DNA of 64,000 bases, from the NCBI GenBank assembly GCA_049318005.1, contig JBMOHE010000001.1, forward strand, positions 117,995 through 181,994, read 5' to 3'. A model generated the notes under the pieces. The model worked only from the letters and a program-made list of their open reading frames with translations. It was not told the DNA's origin and made no database searches. Each line of letters begins with the position of its first letter. Positions within the stretch are counted from its first letter, which is position 1. This document shows positions 8,833-18,609 of this stretch, one piece after another. The position numbers were made by a program, and so were the translations under genes. Source of the stretch: Patescibacteria group bacterium. GTDB taxonomy: Bacteria; Patescibacteriota; Patescibacteriia; Patescibacteriales; UBA12465.

Positions 8833-11800
8833 TTAAGCCGCCATTACTTCGTCGGAACTATTAACTGACGAAGTCTTTTTTAAAGTTTTCTGCATTTCTT
8901 CGACAAAATTTAAAAGTAACTCTTGAGCCTGATTAATTAAAAACTTATCGCTGGCTCCCTGTATATAATATTTACCCTTTCTTGTCTTACCATCAAGATC
9001 AAAAATTGACTGTTCAGAATCATGAATGCCATTAGAATCCGGAAAGCCATTTTCCATGGTTGTGTTAAGCATGTTTTTAATATTTACTTGATCACCCTTG
9101 AGATAAAGATTATTTAGACGTGTTAATTTATTAGCTATATCAACACTAATCTCGCCAAAGAAATCTTCAACCTTATTTATTTTTAATTTTTTTTCATAAT
9201 ATGTTTCTAGGTAATCTCCAGGAGAAGATGCGTCAATTATTTCTTGAAAGGCTGTTTTATTATCACGACCACGTGAGGATTCAATAGCGTCAACCCAAAC
9301 TCCTTGCTCATCCAAATAGCCATAAGTTTCATTATCGATAAAATTTTCATTATGATCTTTAATCGCCTGCGTCATTTTTATTTGTACTTTTAGCCAATGA
9401 TAAATTATTTCTTTAATTTTTTCATCTTTTATATCTTCTTGAAGTATGTCATTCTCTTTTAAAAAGATATAAAAATTATTACTATTATCAAGAGAACTCT
9501 GAGAAATATTTTCAAATTTTTCTAAATTATTTATTCTTGTATATTTATCGACTGCTTGAATCGCAATTGCCGCATTATAATTAATTAAAGAAGCTCTTTC
9601 AAATTGTTCCCATTTATCTACTGATATCGCTCTTAGTTCAACCGCACTTGTTAAATTATCAAAAACCTTAATAGTATTTGTTGACGTGCCTCTATTACGA
9701 ATACTGCAGCCGCATCTGGCCTTACCAATTTGACTGACTTCCGTCCCGGAATATACTCCGCCTAAATTAGCTGCTAAAATCATGTTTTGCAAAAAATTAG
9801 TTTGACGATTCAAACCTAATCCATATTCGCCGCCAATCGTTAAATGATAAGTTGAACTAGCTCTATCATAACCGCCCTCTTTATCTCCAGACTTAAAATT
9901 AAAATCAATAAAATCAAGATCTTGGAGTAACTTCATTTCGAGAAGCATTAGATATGGATTATCGGTTGGCTTAGTGGCGAATTCATGAACAGCGTCATTA
10001 CCCTTGCCAATATTAGCATTAGCACTCAATTTATTAGCGTCACCGGAGTATGAGTTGCCGGTCTTTTCTTTATACGAGCCAGCAATCGAGCTGGTCACCT
10101 CATATTCCATTCCAATCGAAGCCTGCAAGCCAGCTGGTATTTCTTTAGGGTCGTGCAGAGACAATATTCTATCATATCTTTCTAGGGCACTCTCAATATT
10201 TATCAAAACTAAATCAATCGTCGTTTTATCATCTTTCTCAAAAGCTTTTTTATATTCATTAGCGGCAACTAAATTTAAAATAGTCTCCCCCTTGCCGCTA
10301 ATATTATATTTTTTTCTAAACTCAATAAACTTTTCTGACAATTTCTCTCCTGATACCTCATCAATAACCTCAATGTTTTTATTTTTAATTATTGAACTAA
10401 AAATTGATGAGAAATCAAGAATACTTTTTCTAGAATTATCATTTGAAGCTAAAATTTCATCAAGATCTTTAAAATGCTCTGCTTTATAAAGGCCAAGTTT
10501 ATTTAATGTGCTGTAAAATGATATTAGAGAGCCATTATCCCTCTTATCACTATCCATCAACTTAACTTCATTTTTTAATTTTTGGATAATTAAATCTTGC
10601 TTTCTTTCAACAATGCCAATAATAGAAGCCGATCCGCTCTCAATAATCTGCAAAAGCGGACGCGTATTCTCTTTTAAGATTATTTCCTGAATAAATTTTT
10701 CTTCAAAAATTTCAGGATAGGCCGCATAGATTTCTTCCGCTCTAGAACTATCACTAAAATTTCCGTCGCTAATATATACAGACATCAACGTATCTATCTG
10801 ACTATCTGATAAAGTAAAAATGTCTATATTATTTTTACCAGCAATTTTTTCTCTATTTTCATTTAATTCAAGATATTCAACTAAAAATTTTCCGCTTGCA
10901 TTTCTTTCTTTGCTAATTTTATCGACAATCAAATTAATTTGATCATTATTTAGAATATTTACCAATTCTTCGCTTTTATGATTAATATTCCTAAATGAAT
11001 CAACATACATCGTAAAAAACTCTGGGGCCATTTCTCCATGTTTAGAAACAAAATCATCAACAATTATCTCCATCTTTTCTTTGCCTATCTTAAAATATGG
11101 CGCATAAATATTGTCTTCAATGGCGGCAATGAACTGATCTTGATTATTATTACTTAAATTTTCCAGAATCGATTCAATTTTTTCCTCGCTCAAATTAAAT
11201 TCCTTATTAATTTTTAATAAATTAAATAAACTTCTACTTCTTAGGCTGGCCCGGCTAATCAAAATATCTGCTAACTTATCTTTTTCATTATCATTTAGAC
11301 TTAATCTGTCTCTATCATAAAAATAAATGTTAAATAAAGCATCAAGCGCTTCCGGATCACCGGAATCAAAAATTTTATTTTTAACAATCAAACTTTTTTC
11401 GGGAGACAATTTTTCTAAATTTCTATCAGTTTTACTTGGATAACCATATTTTAACAAGGTAACTAATTCAAGCGGCGAGCCTTTATCTATCATTACCTCA
11501 ACTAATTCGTCTATTTTTTCGAGGCCCACTGAACTAGAATAATTCCCATTTATGTAACGAATATAATTAGGGAAAGATTTTAAGAGTTCTAAGCGGGAGT
11601 TACTATCGCCGAAGCTTATAATTTTATCAACTACAATCTTTAAATTTTTTTCACTAATATTTCTTTCCAAAAAATCGCTTAAAACAGAGATATTATTAAC
11701 TTCCAAAAAAAGACTAACTAAGTTATTGCTCTCATCGAGTTTAAAATGTTTTATAAATGGACCTTTATAAGTCGAACTATAAAGTAAATTTAAATTTTTT

Positions 11801-13911
11801 AAATCAACTATTTTTAAAAAATTATAGCAGAATTTTAGCTCATCTTGATCGACAAGAACTAATTCTTTATTATTAATTAATTCAAGTATTTTTTTTAAAT
11901 CCTCTATATCATTTGATTCAATAAACTTACTGAAAATATCTGCTTTCATTTCCGGCTTGTTCTCTGCTATTTTTGATCCAAGGATCTTGGTTATTGACCA
12001 AGAAGCGCAGGTTTCATTAATTATTTCATCATAACGCTCCAAACTTATTTTTCCTGAATTAAGCGAAACGTTTAAATAATCACCAAAAGCCTTATAATCA
12101 TCAATTTTACCCACCAATTCTCCAAAATATTTAATCGGTAAGCCTGGTGTTCCATCCTGACAGTTAATAAACAGATCGAAAAAATCACTACAATAAATAT
12201 TTTTAACCAGTTTAATCGCGGCCTCTAAATTATCAGAGGAAAATTCATTAAGAACCTTGGCGTCTCTCAAACTTAGATTATTAATATAAGATATTTTCTC
12301 AACGACGATTTTTTCAATCTGGCCTCTATCTTTAGGACTTAGATACTGGTGATTATAATTTAAAAAATCTAAAGCTACAGACGGCCAGGGGTCAGTAAAA
12401 CAGGTTTTAATAAATTCTTCTTTTTGATTATCACTAATTTTAATATCATTATAAAATATTTTGCTCAGCGTCTCTGAATTATTATTCTTCTCTAAAAAAT
12501 TACTAAAACTTTTATTAATAACTTCTAATCCTAGACCGGGATATTTTTCTGGATAAGCTAATAATTGAGCATATTCGAAGACCTTTGAGCTACCGCAATT
12601 TTCTAAGTTCTCTAGTATTTCTTTTTGTGCCGCTTCATCTAAGCCAAAATTGTCAGCGTTTGTTAAAAGTGGAAGAGAATCATTATTTCCTTTTACATTA
12701 AGAATTAAATTATCCAAACTACTTTTATCGTCGTTACTATAGCCAATAGAACCAAGGGCGTAGTTAAACTCATCTTGGTTTAATTTAATACACGAACTAT
12801 ATCTTAATAATTCAGATGAATATTTAACATTATTATCAAAATATTTTTTTCTCTCGCCTCCCTCCAATTTATCTATCTCTTCTTGAAATACAGCTGCATT
12901 ATTATTAATCAATCCTGGATTATTTTTTAAATATTCTTTAAAGACAACTTCCTTAATCTCGGGAGTCAAATCTTTTCTAAAAATATCATCACTTAAATTA
13001 ATTTGACTTAAAGAATAATGCTTGTCCGGGTCAGAGATTACTTTCTTTAGTGGTTCTAAAAATTCATTATCTTTTCTATTATCAGTTTTTTCATAACAGC
13101 CCCCTTCGCCAAGAACCAAAAGAATAATTTCTGGGTAAGCTTCCAAGCGTTTTTTAATAATCTCCGCCTCCTTTTTATGGTCAGCGCTATCATATGAAGA
13201 TTTTATACCCGCTTCATCTAAAATATATTTCCTTATTTTTTTTCCAAGAGACGGGGCCGCATCGCGATTAATAATTTTATTTGGGCAATCACTCCAAATC
13301 TCAAGCGCTTCCTCTATTTTACCATTATCTATTTTATGGGAAATCAAAGTATCAAATTGCGATTCTAGTTTAAGATCAAGTGATTCGGCGTTACGACCAT
13401 GAAGATACTTTTTATCTATCTCGTGATATTTATTCAAATAGTTTAGTAAACGTTTCTCAAAATTAAGATAATAATCATTTAATTTCTTAGCATTACCGCC
13501 ATCTCTCTCTTTTTTATATTTATCAATTTTTTCTCCATAAAGCTCGTGACCCATGTCAGCCAAATCACTATATAGTTTTTTATAAGATCTATTATTTTTA
13601 ATTTCATTCCATTTATAATCCGCTTTGTCGATTATGCTATCAAATAGCTTCATCAATTTACTTTCACTTTTTTCCTCAATCGCCTTAATTTCAACTTCTG
13701 CCTGATCACAAATTTTAACAATATCTTCATCATCATTTTTTTCTAAAATTTCTTTATTTTCTTTAAGCGACTCATCTAAAGCACTGTCTAAATCAGAAAA
13801 AGACTCCCCGGCTATATCAGAGATCTTCCCTTCATTCTCCGGATTATTTTCAAAATTAGAAAAAGACTCCTTTTTTGATATTTTTTTAGATACCTCAACT
13901 TTATTTTTCAT
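8833..13911 (-). CDS. Very large helical protein with a putative C-terminal carboxylate-amine ligase (amidoligase/GCS-like) domain
   Basis: 1692-aa ORF; C-terminal motifs IGMEYE, HEFATKP, YHLTIG, IRNR, VELR; the domain call is an inference. Confidence 0.6.
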   Translation of the reverse strand: MKNKVEVSKKISKKESFSNFENNPENEGKISDIAGESFSDLDSALDESLKENKEILEKNDDEDIVKICDQAEVEIKAIEEKSESKLMKLFDSIIDKADYKWNEIKNNRSYKKLYSDLADMGHELYGEKIDKYKKERDGGNAKKLNDYYLNFEKRLLNYLNKYHEIDKKYLHGRNAESLDLKLESQFDTLISHKIDNGKIEEALEIWSDCPNKIINRDAAPSLGKKIRKYILDEAGIKSSYDSADHKKEAEIIKKRLEAYPEIILLVLGEGGCYEKTDNRKDNEFLEPLKKVISDPDKHYSLSQINLSDDIFRKDLTPEIKEVVFKEYLKNNPGLINNNAAVFQEEIDKLEGGERKKYFDNNVKYSSELLRYSSCIKLNQDEFNYALGSIGYSNDDKSSLDNLILNVKGNNDSLPLLTNADNFGLDEAAQKEILENLENCGSSKVFEYAQLLAYPEKYPGLGLEVINKSFSNFLEKNNNSETLSKIFYNDIKISDNQKEEFIKTCFTDPWPSVALDFLNYNHQYLSPKDRGQIEKIVVEKISYINNLSLRDAKVLNEFSSDNLEAAIKLVKNIYCSDFFDLFINCQDGTPGLPIKYFGELVGKIDDYKAFGDYLNVSLNSGKISLERYDEIINETCASWSITKILGSKIAENKPEMKADIFSKFIESNDIEDLKKILELINNKELVLVDQDELKFCYNFLKIVDLKNLNLLYSSTYKGPFIKHFKLDESNNLVSLFLEVNNISVLSDFLERNISEKNLKIVVDKIISFGDSNSRLELLKSFPNYIRYINGNYSSSVGLEKIDELVEVMIDKGSPLELVTLLKYGYPSKTDRNLEKLSPEKSLIVKNKIFDSGDPEALDALFNIYFYDRDRLSLNDNEKDKLADILISRASLRSRSLFNLLKINKEFNLSEEKIESILENLSNNNQDQFIAAIEDNIYAPYFKIGKEKMEIIVDDFVSKHGEMAPEFFTMYVDSFRNINHKSEELVNILNNDQINLIVDKISKERNASGKFLVEYLELNENREKIAGKNNIDIFTLSDSQIDTLMSVYISDGNFSDSSRAEEIYAAYPEIFEEKFIQEIILKENTRPLLQIIESGSASIIGIVERKQDLIIQKLKNEVKLMDSDKRDNGSLISFYSTLNKLGLYKAEHFKDLDEILASNDNSRKSILDFSSIFSSIIKNKNIEVIDEVSGEKLSEKFIEFRKKYNISGKGETILNLVAANEYKKAFEKDDKTTIDLVLINIESALERYDRILSLHDPKEIPAGLQASIGMEYEVTSSIAGSYKEKTGNSYSGDANKLSANANIGKGNDAVHEFATKPTDNPYLMLLEMKLLQDLDFIDFNFKSGDKEGGYDRASSTYHLTIGGEYGLGLNRQTNFLQNMILAANLGGVYSGTEVSQIGKARCGCSIRNRGTSTNTIKVFDNLTSAVELRAISVDKWEQFERASLINYNAAIAIQAVDKYTRINNLEKFENISQSSLDNSNNFYIFLKENDILQEDIKDEKIKEIIYHWLKVQIKMTQAIKDHNENFIDNETYGYLDEQGVWVDAIESSRGRDNKTAFQEIIDASSPGDYLETYYEKKLKINKVEDFFGEISVDIANKLTRLNNLYLKGDQVNIKNMLNTTMENGFPDSNGIHDSEQSIFDLDGKTRKGKYYIQGASDKFLINQAQELLLNFVEEMQKTLKKTSSVNSSDEVMAA

Positions 13912-13915
13912 ATAT

Positions 13916-14095
13916 TTAAATACTTTTTCTGGCTTTAGCTAAACTTTCTTTATCTTTTTTTTCTAAAAGAGATTTGATCTTTAAATCTCTCTTTCCTTCG
14001 ATATTCTTTAATTCTAATAAAAAACTAGCCTGAATTTCTTCAATTTGAGAAAGAATGTTTTTAATATTTTTTTCACCTAGTTTATTCTTTAACAT
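13916..14095 (-). CDS. Small coiled-coil hypothetical protein (59 aa, below the ORF-track cutoff)
   Basis: Manual translation MLKNKLGEKNIKNILSQIEEIQASFLLELKNIEGKRDLKIKSLLEKKDKESLAKARKSI*; stop is 4 nt before the next ATG; TGATATAAT promoter upstream. Confidence 0.65.
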   Translation of the reverse strand: MLKNKLGEKNIKNILSQIEEIQASFLLELKNIEGKRDLKIKSLLEKKDKESLAKARKSI

Positions 14096-14149
14096 TATAA
14101 AATATAAATTTATTCAAATCTTACTTATATTATATCAGTATTTTTGGCT

Positions 14150-14187
14150 AAAAAAAAGACCCTAGCCCTTAATTAAGGACTAGGGTC
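14150..14187 (-). terminator. Intrinsic terminator after the ABC-F gene
   Basis: GACCCTAG.CCTT/AAGG.CTAGGGTC hairpin with an A-tract on the left. Confidence 0.8.
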
Positions 14188-14208
14188 AATTTTATATTTT
14201 ACCTAATA

Positions 14209-15663
14209 TTACTTAATCTTACCTAGATCTAACTCCTCAGTAATCTTAATAGTCGAAACAAACTCAGGCATATGGCTAACCATTATAATTCCACCCTCAA
14301 AGTTATTAATCGCTTCGGCGATAACAGGAATATGACGGAAATTAATATGATTAGTTGGCTCATCTAAAATAAGTAGTCCCGGCTCCATCAAAACTAAACG
14401 AGCGAAAGATAATAATCCCTTCTGCCCTTCAGATAGATCGCCAATTTTATGACCCATTAAATCACCTGTGATTAAAAAACCAGCCGCAACCGAACGAAGG
14501 CTCTGCTCATCGTGACCATCGGCCATAACATTTTTCAACGAATCAAAAACTTTTTCTTCAAAATCTAAAGTTGAGAAATCCTGACTATAATAACCAACTT
14601 TAACGCCCTTGAGTATTGTTTGGCCTTCTTGTTTTCCAGAAACCAAAGAGCGAAGCAAGGTACTCTTCCCAATTCCGTTAGGACCAACCACGAGTAATCT
14701 ATCTTTCTTTCTTAAAGTTTTATTAATATCTTTTAAAATCGGCTCATGGTTAATTACTACCTTAACCTTTTTCAAATTAACTAATTCCCCAGTGATATCT
14801 TGGACCGGAATATCAAAATCACGAATAGTTCTATCTTCCTGACGAACATCAACCTTATTAGCCTCTAAGTCTTCTGTTTCATCTTTTAATTTCTTAGCAA
14901 GCTTACGCATCTTACCGCCCTTATGAGCAAAAAAATTAACTTTTTCTTTACGGTCTAAAATCTGTTTCTCAAGTTGAGCATTTTCACGTCTTTCTCTTTC
15001 AACTCTTTTTTCAATTTCCTCAACTACGGAATAATAATCGCCCACATACATTTCTGTTTTATGGGTAAAATTGTTTAAATATACGACGCCCTCAGTAAAG
15101 CAGTTTAAAAAGTCAGCGTCATGAGAAATAACTAAAACTGTTTTATCATACATGACTAAAAAAGTAATTAAATGATCAATCCCGTCTTTATCTAAATTAT
15201 TAGTCGGCTCATCAAGGAGCAAAATATCTGGATTCTGAATCAAAGAAAAGGCTAACAAAAGACGCGCCTGTTGACCACCAGATAAATCACCAACGATTCT
15301 ATCAAGTGGAATATTAAAATTAACCGCCTCAAGCGCCTTACTAATACGACTTTTAATATTACCAGGCACTTCATGAAAAGCACTTGAAAAATACTCCTCG
15401 ACGGTCATTGGCGCATATTCTCTAGCCATAGTCTGACTAGCCGTTCCAATCGTAGCGCCACTGGCAATCGAAATTAGACCAGTTTTAGGAGTTAACTCCT
15501 TTTTAATAAGACCAAAAATTGTACTTTTCCCAGCCCCATTCTGGCCCATAAGCGTTATTTTCGCTCCTCGGCGCACACTAAAGCAGGCCTCGTCGAGTAT
15601 TGGTCTTTTATTAATATATTCAAATTTGACCTCGTCAAATCTTAAAACTACTTCTTCTGCCAT
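14209..15663 (-). CDS. ABC-F family ATPase (ribosome-associated)
   Basis: Two NBDs: GQNGAGKST/LSGGQ/LLLDEPTNNLD and GPNGIGKST/LSEGQ/LILDEPTNH; no TM segments. Confidence 0.93.
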   Translation of the reverse strand: MAEEVVLRFDEVKFEYINKRPILDEACFSVRRGAKITLMGQNGAGKSTIFGLIKKELTPKTGLISIASGATIGTASQTMAREYAPMTVEEYFSSAFHEVPGNIKSRISKALEAVNFNIPLDRIVGDLSGGQQARLLLAFSLIQNPDILLLDEPTNNLDKDGIDHLITFLVMYDKTVLVISHDADFLNCFTEGVVYLNNFTHKTEMYVGDYYSVVEEIEKRVERERRENAQLEKQILDRKEKVNFFAHKGGKMRKLAKKLKDETEDLEANKVDVRQEDRTIRDFDIPVQDITGELVNLKKVKVVINHEPILKDINKTLRKKDRLLVVGPNGIGKSTLLRSLVSGKQEGQTILKGVKVGYYSQDFSTLDFEEKVFDSLKNVMADGHDEQSLRSVAAGFLITGDLMGHKIGDLSEGQKGLLSFARLVLMEPGLLILDEPTNHINFRHIPVIAEAINNFEGGIIMVSHMPEFVSTIKITEELDLGKIK

Positions 15664-15752
15664 ATTTATGATTTTAATTACTAATAACCCAAATAGAATA
15701 ACAAATTTATTAAAAAAAAGCTAGATTAAGCTGAAATATGTCTAAAGTAAAT

Positions 15753-15784
15753 AAAAACTCGGGATGATAATATCTCGAGTTTTT
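15753..15784. terminator. Intrinsic terminator
   Basis: AAAAACTCGGGAT...ATCTCGAGTTTTT inverted repeat. Confidence 0.75.
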
Positions 15785-15804
15785 AATAATTTTAATTTTA
15801 TGTT

Positions 15805-16218
15805 TTATTTCTTTTCTGAACCTAAACTAGCATGAATATCATTAATAATTTGATCAAGTCTATAGTTTGATTTGGTATAATAATTATTAACGCCGAGGGC
15901 TAAATAACTTTTTACTTTATCATCGCTAGCTGTGTTAGAAACGACAAAGATTGGGATATTCTTAAAGCGTTCATCATTTTTTATTTTTACAACCAAATCA
16001 AGGCCATTCTCTTTCCCTAATAAATAGTGATCAAGCCAGATAACTTTGATTGTTTCTAGGTCCTCAAGTAAGCCAACTGCCTGTTCAACAGTCCTAGCAG
16101 TCACAACCGAAAAGCCACCTTTTTCTAATTTTATTTTAATGGCTTCAAGTAGTGGTTTTTCATCTTCGACCACTAAAATGTTTACATCTTCTACTTTTAA
16201 ATTTTTTACGTCTGTCAT
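15805..16218 (-). CDS. Response regulator receiver protein
   Basis: ILVVEDE, WLDHYL, VSN, YTKS motifs. Confidence 0.9.
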   Translation of the reverse strand: MTDVKNLKVEDVNILVVEDEKPLLEAIKIKLEKGGFSVVTARTVEQAVGLLEDLETIKVIWLDHYLLGKENGLDLVVKIKNDERFKNIPIFVVSNTASDDKVKSYLALGVNNYYTKSNYRLDQIINDIHASLGSEKK

Positions 16219-16233
16219 ATTTTTATTATTTAA

Positions 16234-18603
16234 TTATTCAAGACCGCGATTACCAACCTTCTTTTTCATGCCCGTCAAAGGTAATGATAAATAAAAGGTA
16301 GTGCCTTTATCTTCTTCTGACTCAAACCTTATTGTCCCGCCAAAATGATCAACAATCGATTTAATAATATATAAACCAAGCCCAGTCCCTTCGGTATCCT
16401 TAGCCCTAACATTATCGGCTCTAAATAATTTTGAGAAAATCTTGTCATGCTGACTTTTAGGAATACCATAGCCATTATCGGCAACAGTTACAAGAAGATT
16501 CTTTTTATCTTGGTTCAATATTAATTTTACAGTTCCCTTTTCCGGAGTATACTTAACAGAATTTGATAAAAGATTTTGGAAAACAATACGAAGCAACTTA
16601 GGGTCGGCAGAGATTATCGGGATTGTCTTGTCGTAATCAAAACTTAATTTTAATTTTTTTTCTGCTATACCTGGTTTTAATTCCGATAAAACTTCTTGCG
16701 CGGTTTTAATTACATCAGTTGGTTGAGGTCCAACCGCAAAAGTCCCAAGCTCTAAACGCGAAACATTCAATAATGAATTTACAAGCTCAACCATTCTTTG
16801 ATTACCAGTATATATTTCTTTAACAAATCCAGACTGCTCTTCATTAAGCTTACCACCATCACCAGCCAAAAGCATCTCCGCATACCAATTAATACTTGAT
16901 AGTGGCGTTCTTAGTTGGTGTGAGGCCAGTGACACGAATTCAGTTTTAGTCCTATCGACGTTTTTTTCATGAGTTACATCACGCTCAATGCCAACAAAAA
17001 ACTCAACCTCATTTTTACTGCTTACAACAGGAGAGATACTAATATGAGCATCGTATTCTTCCCCGTTTTTTCTTCTATTTCTAATATCGCCTTCAAAATA
17101 TTTTTTATCAGTCTTAATGGTTTTCCAAAGATTTTTATAAAAGTTTTTTTGCATTGGCAGACTCCAAAGACTGCCAACTTTTTTACCAATAACTTCCTTA
17201 AGATCATAACCAGTAATTCTTTCCAGGCCCTTATTACCATACAAAGTAATTCCCTCTGAATCGGTTATTACAATATGGTCAGACGCATTATCAAGAGCTA
17301 ATTTAAATTTTTCTAAATCGTCAGCTAATTTTATAGTTTTATCCTTTTCCTCTTGAACATCTTCTAAAATATTGATAGTTGCCTTTTTAGCATCTTCCAG
17401 GAATTTGTTTTTTATTTCTAGCTCTGACGTTCTGTCTTTAACTCTTGTCTCCAAATCTCCATAAGAATTTTCTAACTGTTTCGACATTTTCGTAAATACT
17501 GCACCGAGCTCCTCAAGATCATCACCGCTATTAATCGGGTTTATTTTAACATATTTACCTCTACCTAAATTTTCCGACATTTCTCTTAAGACCAAGAGTG
17601 GCTTAAGATTTTTAGACGCCATGACCGAAATCCAAAAAATCGCAATGATTGTAGAAAGCAAAACTAAAAGCCCAAGCAAAATCGCTAAATTGATTGCATC
17701 TGTAATTAAAGTATCAAATTCGGTTTCTATGACTAGAAAAAATTTTGTGTCCCCAATAGGCGCAACCGTTAAAAGCTCCTCCTCTTTTTCAACTTTATCT
17801 GACACTATTTTAACAACAACGTCCTCAACTCCATTATTTATAATGGCAGAAATTTCATCATACTGTAATGCTTTAATTTCAATATTGCTAAATTTTTTTT
17901 GTTCTTTAATCTTAGCTAAAGTTTTTTCGTCCAGATGACCCAAGCTTTGATAAATCCTTTCGGGCAGATTTGAATAAAGTATAATACCGTCCTCATCGCT
18001 AAACATTAACTTACTATCGACATTCAAACTCATCTCACTGAGAATTTTATTTAAAGAATCGGGTTCCATTTTCAAAACTGCCGCCCCGATAATAAGACCA
18101 TCTTTATTTTTAATTGGGCTAGAGAAATAATAACCCGGTTTTCCGGTACTTGCGCCGATTGCCATCTCTAGTCCTTGCTTTCCATTAATTGCACTTAAAT
18201 AGTAACTACGAAAACTATAATTTTTTCCATCTAATAAATGATCAGTCGAAACAAGCGTGGTTCCACTGGCGCTAAGTAAATAAAGAGCTGAATAACTATT
18301 ATTTATATTAAATTGGTCTAAAAGATTAAGAATACTCTGTCTAGCTTCTTCATTAGGACTTTCAACCCAAGAAGTTATTTCTTCAAGCTCAGCTATATAT
18401 TGAGAAAGATTACGTGATTCTTTCAAAAAAACATCAATTTTACTTGCCTGCTCGTGAACAACCGAAGAAAGACTTGCTTGTTTATCTTTTATGTTTCTAT
18501 CATAAGAAAGATAGGCCACTAGCGACAAAGAAATCAAACCTGACAAAGAAACAATCACCAGGGTAATATAGACTATTTTTCCTTTAATAGTTTTAATGGT
18601 CAT
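16234..18603 (-). CDS. Sensor histidine kinase (Cache-HAMP-PAS-HisKA-HATPase)
   Basis: Two TMs flanking a Cache domain (NYSFRSYY), PAS domain, ASHQLRTPL, NLLSNSVKYT, DNGYGI, GTGLGLYI. Confidence 0.95.
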   Translation of the reverse strand: MTIKTIKGKIVYITLVIVSLSGLISLSLVAYLSYDRNIKDKQASLSSVVHEQASKIDVFLKESRNLSQYIAELEEITSWVESPNEEARQSILNLLDQFNINNSYSALYLLSASGTTLVSTDHLLDGKNYSFRSYYLSAINGKQGLEMAIGASTGKPGYYFSSPIKNKDGLIIGAAVLKMEPDSLNKILSEMSLNVDSKLMFSDEDGIILYSNLPERIYQSLGHLDEKTLAKIKEQKKFSNIEIKALQYDEISAIINNGVEDVVVKIVSDKVEKEEELLTVAPIGDTKFFLVIETEFDTLITDAINLAILLGLLVLLSTIIAIFWISVMASKNLKPLLVLREMSENLGRGKYVKINPINSGDDLEELGAVFTKMSKQLENSYGDLETRVKDRTSELEIKNKFLEDAKKATINILEDVQEEKDKTIKLADDLEKFKLALDNASDHIVITDSEGITLYGNKGLERITGYDLKEVIGKKVGSLWSLPMQKNFYKNLWKTIKTDKKYFEGDIRNRRKNGEEYDAHISISPVVSSKNEVEFFVGIERDVTHEKNVDRTKTEFVSLASHQLRTPLSSINWYAEMLLAGDGGKLNEEQSGFVKEIYTGNQRMVELVNSLLNVSRLELGTFAVGPQPTDVIKTAQEVLSELKPGIAEKKLKLSFDYDKTIPIISADPKLLRIVFQNLLSNSVKYTPEKGTVKLILNQDKKNLLVTVADNGYGIPKSQHDKIFSKLFRADNVRAKDTEGTGLGLYIIKSIVDHFGGTIRFESEEDKGTTFYLSLPLTGMKKKVGNRGLE

Positions 18604-18609
18604 AAATTT

